From contig NC_133619.1 in assembly GCF_048593235.1 (NCBI RefSeq), forward strand, positions 543,643,644 through 543,707,643: a stretch of DNA of 64,000 nt, given 5' to 3'. The notes below the pieces were generated by a model. It made no database searches. It was not told the DNA's origin and was given only the letters and a program-made list of their open reading frames with translations. Shown one piece after another: positions 12,131 through 24,937 of the stretch. How positions within the stretch are numbered: the stretch's first letter is position 1; each line of letters starts with the position of its first letter. Source of the DNA: Sminthopsis crassicaudata. Lineage: Eukaryota. Position numbers and translations under genes: made by a program.

Positions 12131-14668
12131 TATTATATAATTATATATATATATATATATATATGTATATAATGGCTTCAATTTCATCATCTGAAAATTG
12201 TCTGTCCATATACTTTGACCATTTGTCAATTGGGAATAACTTGGATTCTGATAAATTTGACATAGTTTTATATATTTTAGAAATGAAACCTTTATCAGAA
12301 AAACTGACTATAAAAATGTTTCCTAGCTTTGTACTAACTCTTTTAATCTTCTTTCTGTTGGTTTTGTTTGTACAAACCCATGTTAATTTAATGTTATCAA
12401 AATTGTGCATTTTGCCTTTTATAATGTTCTCTTTTAGTCATAATTTTTTTTGGCTATAAATTCTACCCTTCTCCAAAGATTTGATAGATAAATTATCCCT
12501 TGTTCTCCTAATTTGTTTATAGCATCATCCTTTATGATCCTTTATGCCCAAATCATGCATCTATTTGACCTAATTCTGATATGGAATTAACTCTCTTGAA
12601 ATTTTTGATCATTTGTTCTTCCAGATGAATTTTTCAAGTTGTATAAAATGATGTTTTGGCAATTTGATTGGTATGGCAGTGAACAAGTGGACCAATTTAG
12701 GCAGAATTGTCATTTTTATTATATTAACTCGGCCTAGTCACAAACACTTGCTGTTTTCCAATTGTTTACCTCTGATTTTATTTGTGTAAAAAGTGTTCTG
12801 TAATTGTGTTCATATGGTTGTTAGGTTTGTCTTGTCAGGTAGACCCTCAAGTATTTTATTTTGTCTATAGTAATTTTAAATGGAATTTTTCTTTCAATCT
12901 CTTAATGATGGGCTTTGTCAATAATATATAGATATGTTGATGATTTGTGTAGGTTCATTTTATTCCTGTAAATTGTTTTGAGTAGGTTTTTGGATGATTT
13001 TCTAAGATTCTCTAAGTATATCATCACACCACTGCAAAGAGTGATACTTTTCTCTCCTCATTGCCTATTCTAATTCCTTTAATTTCTTTTTTTTTTTTCT
13101 TATTGCTAAAGCCAACATTTCTAGTACAATGTTGAATAGTAGTGGTGATAATAAGCATACTTTTTATATCCCTGATCTTATTGGGAATGTGTCCAGCTTC
13201 TCTCCATTACAAATGCTTGCTGTAAGTTTTATTAATTTATTTCCCTTTATGCCTATACTCTCTAGTGTTTTTAATAGGAATGGGTGCTATATTTTGTCAA
13301 AGCTTTTTTTTTCTAAATCTATTGAAATGATCATATTATTTCCATTGGTTTTGTTATAGATATGATCAATTATAGTAATAGTTTTCCTGATGAACCAGCC
13401 CTACATTCCTGGTATAAATCTCACTTGATCATGGTGAATTATACTGCTGATAAATTGCTGTAATCTTTTTACCTAACATTTTATTTAAAATTTTGCATCA
13501 TTATTCATTAGGGAGATTTGTTTGTAACTATTTTTTTTCTGTTTTGGCCCTTTCTGATTTAGATATCATTGTCATATTTGTGTCATAGAAGGAATTCATC
13601 TGTTTTTCCAAATAGTTTACATAGTATTAGAATTAATTGTTCTATAAATATTTGGTAGAATGCACTTGTGAATCTATCTGACCCTGGAGAATTTTTTCTT
13701 AAGGTGTTCATTAATGATTTGTTCAATTTCTTTTTTCTAAAATTAGACTATTTAAGTATTTTATTTCCTCTTCTATTAATCTAGGAAATTTATATTTTTG
13801 TAAATATGCATCCATTTTTGTTAGATTATTATATTTGCTGCCATAGAGCTGGGAAAAATACCTCTAAATTATTACTTTAATTTATTTTTCATTGGTGTTA
13901 GCTTTACCCCTTTCATTTTTAAGGCTACTGATTTGGGTTTTTTTTTCTTTCCTTTTTTCTGATCAAATTAAATAAAAGTTTATTTTGTTAGTTTTTTCAT
14001 AAAACCAACTCTTAGTTTTGTTTATTAGTTCAATAGTTTTCTTAGTTTCTATTTTATTAATCTCTTCTTTTAGTTTCAAATTTTCGCATTAGACATTTAA
14101 TTGGGAGTTTATTTTCTAGCTTTTTAGTTACATGCCTAATTCATTGATCTCCTCTTTTTCTATTTTATTTATGTAGCTATTTAGAAATATAAAATTTCCC
14201 CCTAAGAACTGCTTTGGCTGCATCCCATAGGTTTTGGTATGTTGTCTCATTATTGTCATTTTCTTGGATGAAATTATGGTTTGTTTCTGTGGTTTCTTGT
14301 TTGACTAACTCATTCTTTAGAATTGAATTAGTTTTAGTCTATCTTTCCCTGGCCCTTTATTAAATATAATTTTTATTGCATTGTGGTCTGAAAAGGAAGA
14401 ATTTACAATTTCTTCTTTTTTATATTGGATTGTGAGGTTTTTATGCCCTAATACATGGTCAATTTTTGTGTAGGTGCCATGTACTGTCGAAGAAAAGGTG
14501 GATTTCTTTCTGTCCCTATTCAGTTTTCTCCAGAAATCTATCATATCAAGGTTTTCTAATATTCTATTAGCCTCTCTAGTTTTTTTTTTTTTTCTTATTT
14601 ATTTTGTGGTTAGATTTGTCTAATTCTGAGAGGGGGAGGTTTAGGTTCCCCACTAAAACAGTTTTGCA
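11320..14668 (-). mobile_element. Older L1 (3'UTR through ORF2 RT to endonuclease region, with internal deletions and TA microsatellites)
   Basis: Reverse ORFs 12141-12410 (KGFISKIYK...PIDKWSKYMDRQFS) and 14317-14544 (STFSSTVHGTYTKIDHVLGHK, endonuclease motif) are L1 ORF2p relics. Confidence 0.9.
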
Positions 14669-16090
14669 ATGATCAATTCTGATGGACATGGGTCTTTTCA
14701 ACAATGAGTTTGTTCAGGCCAATTCCAATAGACTTGTGACAGAGAACTATCTACATTCAGAAAGAGGACTATGCAAAAGATATGAACAGACAATTTTAAG
14801 ATGAAGAAATTGAAACTATTTCTACTCATATGAAAAGGTGTTCCAAATCATTATTGATTAGAGAAATACAAATTAGGACAATTCTGAGATACCACTACAC
14901 ACCTCTCAGATTGGCTAAGATGATGAATGTTGGAGGGGAAGTGGGAAAACTGAGACACTGATGCATTGTTGGTGGAGTTGTGAACAGATCTAACCATTCT
15001 GGAGAGCAATTTGGAACTATACTCAAAAAGTTATCAAACTGTTCATACCCTTTGATCCAGCAGTGTAGTTACTACTGGGCTTATATCCCAAAGAGATTAA
15101 AGAAGAGAAAGGGACCTGTGTGTGAAAAAAATGTTGTTGGCAGCCCTTTTCATAGTGGCTAGAAACTGGAAATTTAATGGATGCCCATCAACTGAAGAAT
15201 GGCTGAGTAAATTGTGGTATATGAATGTTGTAGAATATTATTGTTCTGTAAGAAATGACCAGCAGGATGAATACAGAGAGGCTTGGAAGAGACTTACATG
15301 AACTGATGGTGAATGAAATGAGCAGAACCAGGAGATCATTATACACTTCAACAATAATACTATATGAGGATCAATTCTATTGGAAGTGGCTCTCTTCAAC
15401 AATGAGAGGATCCAAATCAGTTCCAATTGATCAGTAATGAACAGAGCCAGCTACACCCAGCAAAAGAACACTGAGAAATGAGTATGGACCACAACATAGC
15501 ATTTCCATTATCTCTGTTTTGTTTACTTGCATTTTTGTTTTTCTTCTCAGGTTATTTCTACCTTCTTTCTAAATCCAATTTTTCTTGTGCATCAAGATAA
15601 GTGTACAAATGTGTATACATATATTGTATTTAACATATACTTTTAATATATTGAACATGTATGGGACTACCTGCCATCTAGGGGAGGAGGTGGAGGAAAG
15701 GAGGGGAAAAGTTAGAACAGAAGTTTTTGCAACAGTCAATGTTGAAAAATTACCCATGCATATGTTTTGTCAACAAAAAGCTATAATTTAAAAAAGAAAA
15801 ATAGAGAAATATGGGGACTGAATGTAAATGTGGATCATAACATAGTATTTTTACCTTTTTGTTGTTTGCTTGATTTTTGTTTTCTTTTATCATTTTTTTC
15901 CTTTTGAAATTGTTGTTTCTTGTGCAACATGATAATTGTGGAACTTTGGATAGAATTGCACCTGTTTAACATATATTGGATTACTTGCTATCTAAGGGAG
16001 GGGGTTAGGAGAAGGGAGAAAAAATTTGGAATACAAAGTTTTGCAAAGGTGAATGTTGAAAACTATGCATATATTTTAAAAATAAAAAGG
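14669..16090 (+). mobile_element. Older L1 3' end (14669-14773 plus about 15806-16090) split by a nested L1
   Basis: ...CAGAAAGAGGACTATG and GGGACTGAATGTAAATGTGGATCATAAC join into a continuous L1 3'UTR, colinear with the uninterrupted copy at 41110-41160. Confidence 0.75.
14774..15795 (+). mobile_element. Nested 5'-truncated L1 (ORF2 C-terminus, 3'UTR, A tail)
   Basis: Starts CAAAAGATATGAACAGACAA (KDMNR motif) and ends in an A-rich tail. Degenerate TSD AGAAAGAGGACTATG / AAATAGAGAAATATG (11 of 15). Confidence 0.85.
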
Positions 16091-16759
16091 CATGTTTTCA
16101 TTATTTTTGTTTGTATACCCTATCTCAATGTCTGGCACATGGGTGCTTATTAATTGATAGATCTTGGGAGACTTGTGTCTGAGAATGAGACTATGATCCC
16201 ATTTGCATCTAACAATATTGCTACTGAAGAGAAGGAATTCCCAAAGAGACAATAACCAGAAGTTAATATCTACACATTTGTGGATGTGTTTCTCATCTTT
16301 TGCAAACAGATCCAAAATAATTTATTTAAGTCATGCTGGTTAAATCTGTTGCACAAACAATTCAATTGAAGTCCACAAACATTTAGCAAGCAAGAATCTT
16401 CTATGGTCCAGGAATTGTACAAGGCCCTAGGGAGATAAGGACAAAAACAAAAGCAATGCTAGCTCTCAGAATTTACATTCTACTTAGTGGAACCAGCATT
16501 TATCACAAAAAAGTAAATGTAAAATATATGCTAAGTAAAAACAAAATGATAAAGAGAGAGCCTTAAAAACATGGAGGAAGAAAGGAAATTATTGTCAAGT
16601 AGGAAATATCTGATGTTAGCCAGGAAATAAGCTAATGAGTTTAAGAAACATAGAAGGGTATATTTGTTCCCAATCTGAAGGACCACCTGTGCAAAATCCT
16701 ATCTTCCCAAATCTCAATTATCTCATCAATAAAAATGGGGATGTGGAAAGGAAAGTTAA

Positions 16760-17010
16760 TAAACATTCAAAGAGCACCTGCTTTGTGCCAAGTACTATGC
16801 TAAAAAACCTTTTACAAATTTTATTTCTCTCTCTTCACAAACTTGAATGGTAGATGTTATTATCTTCCTTTTTACAATTGAGCAAACTGAGGTAGAAAAA
16901 GATTAAGTCATTTGCTTAGGGTCATGCATCTTATATGTGTCTGAGGTCATATTTGAACACATGTTTTCCAATTATAGCCACTGCATTCTGTGTACTGTGC
17001 CACCAGTTGC
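16760..17010 (-). mobile_element. MIR
   Basis: TTTTACAATTGAGCAAACTGAGGTAGAAAAAGATTAAGTCATTTGCTTAGGGTCA is the reverse CORE. Confidence 0.8.
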
Positions 17011-18522
17011 TTTCCTTTCCCCTCCTTCCCTGCCATTATGAAGTTTTGGGACAATCTCTGAGGAGTCTCCTAATTTTAATTGTTCTGCACTAAAAACAAC
17101 TTCCCTTATTGTACACAGCAGTGGACTGACAGGGTCCATGCTTTTGAGGATGTATGATTACTGCTTCCATATGAAACAGACTGTCAATAGGGATCAAGAA
17201 CCTGAGGACCTGGAAAGAGAGACTGGCCAGATGAAACTGAGAGGCCAAACTAAGCAAACCATGAATGATTAATAAATGTTTATTGATTGAAGAAAATCTT
17301 GCTCTAAAGAAAATTCCCTAAAAGAAGATTCCAGGGCAGATAAGAAATCAGCACAAGCAGCAGTAACAAAGTTGTTGTTATAGAGGAAAGATCTGACATT
17401 GCAAAGAATCATGGACAGAAAAAGCAGAGAAATCCCTAAAATCAAAGAGCAATGAAGCAAGACAAACTTGAGGCATTATGAAACTTTCACAGCTACATTT
17501 TTAGTTGCCTTTTCAGGATACAAAGAAGCTTTTATATCAGAAGTCTTGAGGATAAACCACTCACTTACTCCATCTGCTAATTACAAGTAGTTTATTATTA
17601 AGTCCTTGCAAAAGGAGCACTTATAACCTCAGCCATAATTCCAGTCCTTTCATTAGCCTTCTAACTCCTTCATTGATGATTCTAACTATTTTTAGTTAGA
17701 AAATGAAAACAACAAGAAAAAAGGATGAATGTCAGGGAATGAACACAGGGGAATCTTATATGTCAAAACCATATGTTTAAGTGCTCAGTTGTCCAGGATA
17801 ATTTAACTATCTTCACAAGATAGCTAAGCCACAGTACTTCTTTGTTACAGCATTCCTATTTCCCAGGTGATTTCCTCTGGGGACTTCCTAAAAGTCAGTA
17901 ACTGAAAAAGTAGCACAGCATAAGTTTTCAAGCGCAGAAGATAACCTTCAGGGACTTGGCAGGACAAGTACTGAGATAACACAACTGGCAAAATTAAAAG
18001 GGCACCGTCTGTCTCCAACAATGCCTGGCACAGGTGGTGTTTCTCTGTAAAGAAACCTTACTCTTGCTCTCAATGCAGGTGATTGAATAGAACAAGGTTA
18101 CAACATCTCAGGTGCCCATTATCAAAATCTTGGTCATTCTATACAGCAAATACTTATGAAACACCTGTAATGTTCCAGGCATTATGCTGAGAACTAGGAT
18201 ATTTTTAGTCCTGGATTTATGATTTCACTGGTATAGGGAGTTCATGAAGAGGAAACTTCAAATACCAAAGTAAATCCTCAACTCTTTTGCAGTTACAGCT
18301 TTTAAAATTTATATAGAACAGTGAGGTATTAAATAGATTACTAATACTCACACTGCCAGATTATTTCAGAAGGACTTGAAATATCCCAAATTTGGGATTA
18401 TCCCACCATCCACTTTAGGATGATGACTTCCCAGCTATTACAAAGAAAAAAATCAGTCCTTGTCTCCAAAGAATTTACAGTCTGGTAAGATAAATATGTA
18501 CACAAATTAATATATATATATA

Positions 18523-18563
<41 letters not shown>

Positions 18564-18911
18564 ATTTGGAGAAGAGAAGGGAAGAGAAGGGAAACACTAA
18601 CAACAAAGAAAATAAGATTTCAACTAACACATTTGCTGAAGATCTTCCTGGCTTATTTGGTATTATGGAAAACATAAAGGATAAGTCATTGTCCTTTGTC
18701 TATGCCATAGAATCTAGAATAAGGGCTTATCAATAGTATAGCCATTGTCAGGAGGAAAAAAATGGAAAGGAGTATAGATTTGATCTCTTCTCACATCTCT
18801 AATTGTATTCTCACTTCTCACATATATTGCAGCCAACCTATCTTCCTACTTCTTTGAGGCTATTGGCCATGAGTTCCATCTTCGTCCTGGAGTGTTTACA
18901 TAGCTACATCA

Positions 18912-19173
18912 NNNNNNNNNNNNNNNNNNNNNNNNNNNNNNNNNNNNNNNNNNNNNNNNNNNNNNNNNNNNNNNNNNNNNNNNNNNNNNNNNNNNNNNNN
19001 NNNNNNNNNNNNNNNNNNNNNNNNNNNNNNNNNNNNNNNNNNNNNNNNNNNNNNNNNNNNNNNNNNNNNNNNNNNNNNNNNNNNNNNNNNNNNNNNNNNN
19101 NNNNNNNNNNNNNNNNNNNNNNNNNNNNNNNNNNNNNNNNNNNNNNNNNNNNNNNNNNNNNNNNNNNNNNNNN
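18912..19173. other. Assembly gap (N run)
   Basis: 262 N. Confidence 1.
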
Positions 19174-19329
19174 CCCCAAAGGTTATCAAAGACCTGTTCC
19201 TTGGCAAATCCAATGAATTATTTATACCAATCCTCCTTATTCTCCTATCAGTGGTTATCAGGATAGCTTTCCTGGCCCCAGAGATATCACTCTTACCTGG
19301 TTCAGTCCCCTATTCTCTAATTTCTTAGT

Positions 19330-20070
19330 CTGTGTTTTCTTCTTGCATACTTATTAATCCTCTCCCCAGCCCCTAGATTTGAGTATTTCTCAGGTATTTA
19401 AATGTAAATAATTTTTCTCTGTATATTTTCCATATACTCACTCTCAGAAAACTTAACTCACAGTTTAAAATTCTTCCCCTATGTAAAAGACTTCCATAAA
19501 GAGCCTCCAATAATGATTTCTTTCCCGAACTCAAGACCAATATCCCTAACTGTCTATAGTATATCATCTTGAATATTCCCACAGGATCTCATATCCAAAG
19601 CCAAGATTTTTATCTTTCCTACTATATGTGTTCATTCTAGTCTCCATCTGTAGCTCTGCCTGATTTCCACTCTACTGAACAAGATGATTCTCCCAGGATA
19701 AATTGATATGTTCTAATCTCATCACCATGCTGCTAATTCAAGCCTTGGCTACTTCTTTCTCCCTATTGATTAGAGGACTACAGGATAGAGTATAAAATTG
19801 CTCCCAAAGTTTTCCTTTATAAGAAGAAGAAATTGGACTTCCAACTTCTTCCACACTACATCTTCAAGTTTTCTTGTTTTTAATTTGATATAAGATGTCT
19901 CCACATTAGGGACTCTCAGTGTTTCTCCCTTCTTTAAGCTTCCTTTTATGTGCTGTTTCCCCATTAAGTTGAAAGCTCCTTGAGGACAAGAACTGTCTTT
20001 TTTTATCCCTAGCACTTAGCAGGGTGCCTTACATATAATAAGCCCTTAATAAATGTTTACTAAGTTGAAC
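19330..20070 (+). mobile_element. L2 3' region
   Basis: Pyrimidine-rich L2 body ending AAGCTCCTTGAGGACAAGAACTGTC...CCCTAGCACTTAGCAGGGTGCC...TTAATAAATGTTTAC. Confidence 0.75.
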
Positions 20071-20349
20071 TGAATTGTCCATTTATTTTATTTCACTAGT
20101 CTGTGTACAGTACCACTATTCAACTTATTAGGCTTGAAACGGTGAAGACTTGACACTCCTCCCTCTATCATGTCTCATAACCAATCAGTTACCACTTCCT
20201 TTAAATTTTTCAACATCCTTCACATGTATTTCTTTCTCCAGTGCCACTACCAAATAAAAAATATTTATCCAAATATGTTGTTTCCATTTGTGTGAATTTT
20301 TGCAATAACTTTCTATTCCCAATCCAATTTGACCAAATGGCATTTAATT

Positions 20350-20490
20350 GCCATTGGCTTCAGTTTTCTCTTCTGTTAAATGGAGATAACAATAGCACTA
20401 TTTTCCAGCTTGTTATGAGGATCAAATGAAATAATAATATTCTAAAATGCTTAGTACACAGTAAGTGTTATATAAATGTTTATTATTATT
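20350..20490 (+). mobile_element. MIR 3' half
   Basis: TTCAGTTTTCTCTTCTGTTAAATGGAGATAACAATAGCACTA...GTTATGAGGATCAAATGA. Confidence 0.75.
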
Positions 20491-20699
20491 AATCATTTCT
20501 TTTTTCATCTCGCACATCCATCCTTCATGTTTCTGCCAGAATAGTCTTCCTTAAAATATATTTAATATACAAAGAAGTAAGTTATTTGCATTAAAAAGTA
20601 TGGGATGACACTCAGAAGAGTTAAATACTGGACATCTGACCCAAAACATAACTGAAAATGATTTTTCTCTTCCCCATGATACACCTGAAAAAAAAAAGT

Positions 20700-20950
20700 C
20701 ATTCAGCCTCTACTTGAATACTTCCAGTGAAAAGGAATTCCATTATTAAACAATCTTATGGAAAGTGATAATTTAGGGTATTTTTTTGGAACAGAAAATA
20801 ATTTTTTTCTTTCTTTATCACTTATGCTCATTGCTCCAAGATCTGCCTCATGGGCCAAAAAGAACAAAGCAGTGTCATTGTCTATAAAATGAAATTATTT
20901 GGATTTGATGATATCTGAAGCTCTTCAAGCTCTAAATTTATATAACCTCT
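20700..20950 (-). mobile_element. L3/CR1 fragment
   Basis: CAGCCTCTACTTGAATACTTCCAGTGA is the reverse of the L3 3' segment. Confidence 0.6.
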
Positions 20951-22319
20951 AACCCTAATTTGTCTTCCATATGACAGTTTTTTAAATATATGAAGATTTT
21001 AGCTATCAGTAAATATCCAATTTTATGATATGAGAAATCATAAATGCACTATGAACTAGAATAATGAAGCAAGCATCCATACTAGATTAGAGTATGGAAA
21101 TATATAAATATATACGTCTCTATTTAGAGATCTTCAGTGGTTCCATATTGTGAATGAGAAAAGTATTGCTTTTCAATACTCTATAGAATTTGGCATTACC
21201 CAATTTTTACCTTCAATTCACTATACTCTAACTATATTGGACAGGGTCCTCCATCTGGTACCTATTATTGTGTTTATCCCTGTTCTCTTAAGGGTGTTAG
21301 AGCTGCAGCCACTCTGGCCATAAACAAAATTGCTTCACTTGATGGTTGAGGAAATAGGACATAAATGCTTTCAGATTTAACTAACAAGAAGGCATTTAAA
21401 TAAGACTTGAAGATAAGCAGAGAAGGAATGGGAAACAAAACACTATACAATTAGTAAATGGAATAAAGTAAAGAACATCTGGTTTTGAATCAAACAGTAA
21501 CCATGTGACCATTGGCAAAAAAAGATGCCTCAATTTATTGATTTGTAAAACAAGGCAAAGGGGGTTGACTCAATGACTTCTAAGCTCTTTTCTAGTTATA
21601 ATATGTTCAGAGGAGAAAGAAATACCTTTACTTTGGAGTAATAAGAAACAGCTTCATAGAGGAGATGAGAATTGAGCAGGATATTGACCGATTTGTAGAA
21701 ATAAGATAAAAATGGAGGAGGGAGAGAAATTATGAAAGTCAGAGTGGCAGACACAGCAAATGTTGTGTGAAACTTATCAGAAAGTGTGAAACAGGAGGGA
21801 AAGAAATCAAAGTTAAGAAGTCATTGTTTAACAAATATTGTAGAGTCACAATAATTTGGGGTGAAAACCAGCTTGTTTCTTTCAAATATCACCATTTCTT
21901 TGAAAAAGCCAAACTCCAATTTTCTTACCATGACAAGCTTTCACACAATCCTAAAAAATAAAGAAACTGCTAAATAAAAACAGTGACCAGCTAGTGGGAA
22001 CATTAAACATTATGTGGCTATAGTATGGATACTTAATGATGAGGAAACAAAAGAAAAACATCCATTCATAGTCACATCTATTCTCATTAGATTTCATGAA
22101 AAAACAGAATCATATAGAACTTATGAATATTACAGCAACTAAGAGAGCATGTATAATAGAATCCTAAATATCTGCTTTTTTTAAAAGTCCATTTTCCCAT
22201 GGAATATGTGCTCCTATATCTCAAAAGTAACCATTTCTAACATTTTAGAAGATTATACATTAGGTTGTCTATATTCTTCAAGGGACTGCAAACACTTAAA
22301 AGAAGAGATACATAACCAT

Positions 22320-22480
22320 TTGGGTTAAGAAATCCTTTGTTAGTCTGGTAAAACCAATAACACTCTTCTCAGAACAATGTTTATAAGCACATAAAATAAA
22401 ATACGTAAGATTACAAAAGAAAGCAGTTATTTTGAAATACAGTTATGAAAATGTAAAAAATATATATATCCAAAGGAAGT
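22320..22480. mobile_element. Probable hAT-Charlie MITE fragment
   Basis: TTCTCAGAACAATGTTTATAAGCACATAAAATAAAATACGTAAGATTACAAAAGAAA has a diverged inverted counterpart at about 48850-48905; resembles recalled Charlie-type MITEs. Confidence 0.4.
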
Positions 22481-22932
22481 TACTCTGAAAAGTGGAGTAA
22501 AACTTATATGTACTGAAATTTCCTGGACATGAATAAATCAAATAAAATATTGGAAAAGAAACACTGGGTAATTTAAACTATAGAATAGGTGTTTGAATAA
22601 TACCAGCTTGTTTCTTTCAAATATCACCATTTCTTTGAAAAAGAGTAAAAATGTTAGGACCATTTATTTTATTTTCTTTTATGTTATTTTTTAGAATTTG
22701 AAGACAGAAGAAAGAGTATAATATTATAATCATTTGACTTGAGCAGGTCAACAGAAACCACAGAATTTCTGTGATTTTGTGGGAAATTGAAACTGAAGAG
22801 TGGGAATGGATGAGTAGATAGCATAAAGATGCCAACTCTGACATCCAAAACAATGATAGGCATAAATAAGGACTCCCAGTCAACATCTATGCTTCTCTCT
22901 GTACACATACAATGTTACACAAAGAACAAAGA

Positions 22933-23063
22933 NNNNNNNNNNNNNNNNNNNNNNNNNNNNNNNNNNNNNNNNNNNNNNNNNNNNNNNNNNNNNNNNNNNN
23001 NNNNNNNNNNNNNNNNNNNNNNNNNNNNNNNNNNNNNNNNNNNNNNNNNNNNNNNNNNNNNNN
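22933..23063. other. Assembly gap (N run)
   Basis: 131 N. Confidence 1.
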
Positions 23064-23124
23064 ATGCATACACAGGATTTAGCCCAGTATCTGTTATATA
23101 GTAATGTTATAAATAAATGTTTAT

Positions 23125-23260
23125 GGGGCATCTAGATGGCACATAGATAGAGCACCAACCCTGGTGTCAGGAGAACCTGAGTTCAGATCTTGCCACTTAA
23201 TACTTGTTAATTGTATAACCCTGAGCAAATCACTTAACCCAACTGCCCCCCCAAAAAAAA
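23125..23260 (+). mobile_element. WSINE1-like short tRNA/CORE SINE
   Basis: About 135 bp: GGGGCATCTAGATGGCAC head, B-box-like GAGTTCAGATC, TCACTTAACCC and an A tail. Imperfect TSD AAATGTTTAT / AAATCTTTAT. Confidence 0.85.
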
Positions 23261-23369
23261 TCTTTATTTATTGTTTTACTTTAAAATCATAACATACATT
23301 AGAATAGAATTGCCTCAGATCTTTGAAGTAAAATTTTAAGATCCAAAACAACACAATGGAAAAAGAACT

Positions 23370-23590
23370 AGTTGTTCCATCATATGTTGGGTGTTCAAAT
23401 GTTCATCTCGAATCTTGAATCTTCTCTTCTCTTGGCTAAACAATCCCAGGTCCTTTAGCTAATCTGCATCTGGCACGATCTTTAAGTCTGTCACCAACCT
23501 CATTCCCCTTTTTGAGGTTCCTCAAAGTATTTATTCCTTCTGAAATGGATACAACATTCCAGATTTGTTCAGACAGCAGCAGAGTACTGT
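23370..23590 (-). mobile_element. L3/CR1 fragment
   Basis: TCTTCTCTTCTCTTGGCTAAACAATCCCAGGTCCTTTAGC...ACAACATTCCAGATTTGTTCAGACAGCAGCAGAGTAC is reverse L3. Confidence 0.7.
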
Positions 23591-24238
23591 CAGCTTATGG
23601 TGAGTCAAATGCAATAAAAGGGGAAATGAAACACATTTCTCCAAGCAAGATCAATTTAACAGTGACATATAATAAAGTGGATCATATTAGACTCCTCAGG
23701 TCAATAACTGTGATGAGAAAGAAAAATTCTTCTTTCTATATTGAGAAGTTCTGAGTGGTTGGGGAATGTCACAATTAGGTACTGCTAGGAAAGGTGGATT
23801 GGCCTTCAGATATGGGTGGTCATATTCCCTCTTTCAATAAAGAAACATTAATAGCTTCATGAAATTCAGCTACCTAGTGTAATCTTGAACAAGACATCAG
23901 AACCACCTAAACCAGTACCATCCATTGTCATTCTTGCAAGAAATGAAACGATTCCTAATTACACAAGCTTAGGACAAGGATAGAACAATTGTCTTGGTGG
24001 TAATGGGTGGGGTGTGAGGGGAGAGTAAAATCCAGATTAATGAAGTAAGTTGTTTACAGAAGGCCCAAGGCTAAAATGGTTAGCAAACAGATGTCTCAGG
24101 AGCTGCTTCCATAAGCTATAGCAACACTTCCTTTCAAAAAGGCTTTAAGCCAATTTGAACTGGGAGAGACCACATTTTGTGAGTAGGGTGAGTATTCAGG
24201 CAGATGCTGACCATTATAAAAACCATTTATAAAAAAAA

Positions 24239-24937
24239 TATGAAATCTGGCAAATGGATGTGACGCATTATAAATCTTTCCATAGTCTGTCTTTCATCCA
24301 CGTGGTAGTAGATACCTTTTCAGGATTCACTTTTGCAGTGCCAACAGCAAAAGAGACAGCCCGAGTGGTCACTGAATTCCTTATCCAAGTATTTGCAATT
24401 ATGGGTGTGCCACAAGAAATAAAAACAGATAATGGACCTGCATATAGTTCTAAACATTTTGCGCACATCTTTGCGCAATATAATATATTACACATTACTG
24501 GAATATCTTTTAATCCGCAAGGTCAGGCAATAGTAGAGAGAAGAAACAGAGGCATTAAGACACTCCTCCAAAAACAAAAGAAAGGGGGAGCCACAGGTAG
24601 CCCTAGGGAACTTCCAAACTTAGTTCTCTATACCATTAATTTTCTAATTTTTGACAAAGATGCACTGGCTCCGGCAGACAGGTTTTATAACCCACCAGAA
24701 GGGCAGTGTCCAGTGTGAGCAGCTCCACTGTCCTTAGATAATCGCCAGGTGATGTGGAGAGACCCAGAAAGTGGTGAATGGAAGGGACCAGATAGGTTAA
24801 CTGCCTGGGGGAGAGGGTTTGCTTGTATTTCTTCAAATGGAGAAGGAATCAGATGGGTGCCAACGAGTCATATTCGCCTTGTCCATCAGAGAGAGACAGA
24901 AAAAGAGAAAGACCTCAAAACAAAGGAGAAAATCTAA
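24239..24937 (+). pseudogene. Retroviral integrase core and C-terminal domain (pol 3' end), one in-frame TGA at 24716-24718
   Basis: EIWQMDVTH / VVVDTFSG / IKTDNGPAY / NPQGQAIVERRN show the DDE triad. WRDPESGEWKGPD..WGRGFAC is the typical C-terminal domain. ORFs 24254-24718 and 24749-24937 are in the same frame. The N-terminal HHCC domain is absent. Confidence 0.93.

Noticed and set aside
11320-16090. Twin-priming 5' inversion
   Set aside because: Both orientations carry their own 3'UTR and tail, so these are independent insertions.
17569-17685. Minus-strand exon candidate ending at a GTAAGT donor (RIINEGVRRLMKGLELWLRL)
   Set aside because: Stops in all three frames and a poor pyrimidine tract next to the AG.
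10558-23131. Long ORFs containing X runs
   Set aside because: They only appear open because they cross N gaps.
23125-23260. tRNA gene
   Set aside because: The A/B-box-like head belongs to a SINE with CORE and A tail; no cloverleaf.
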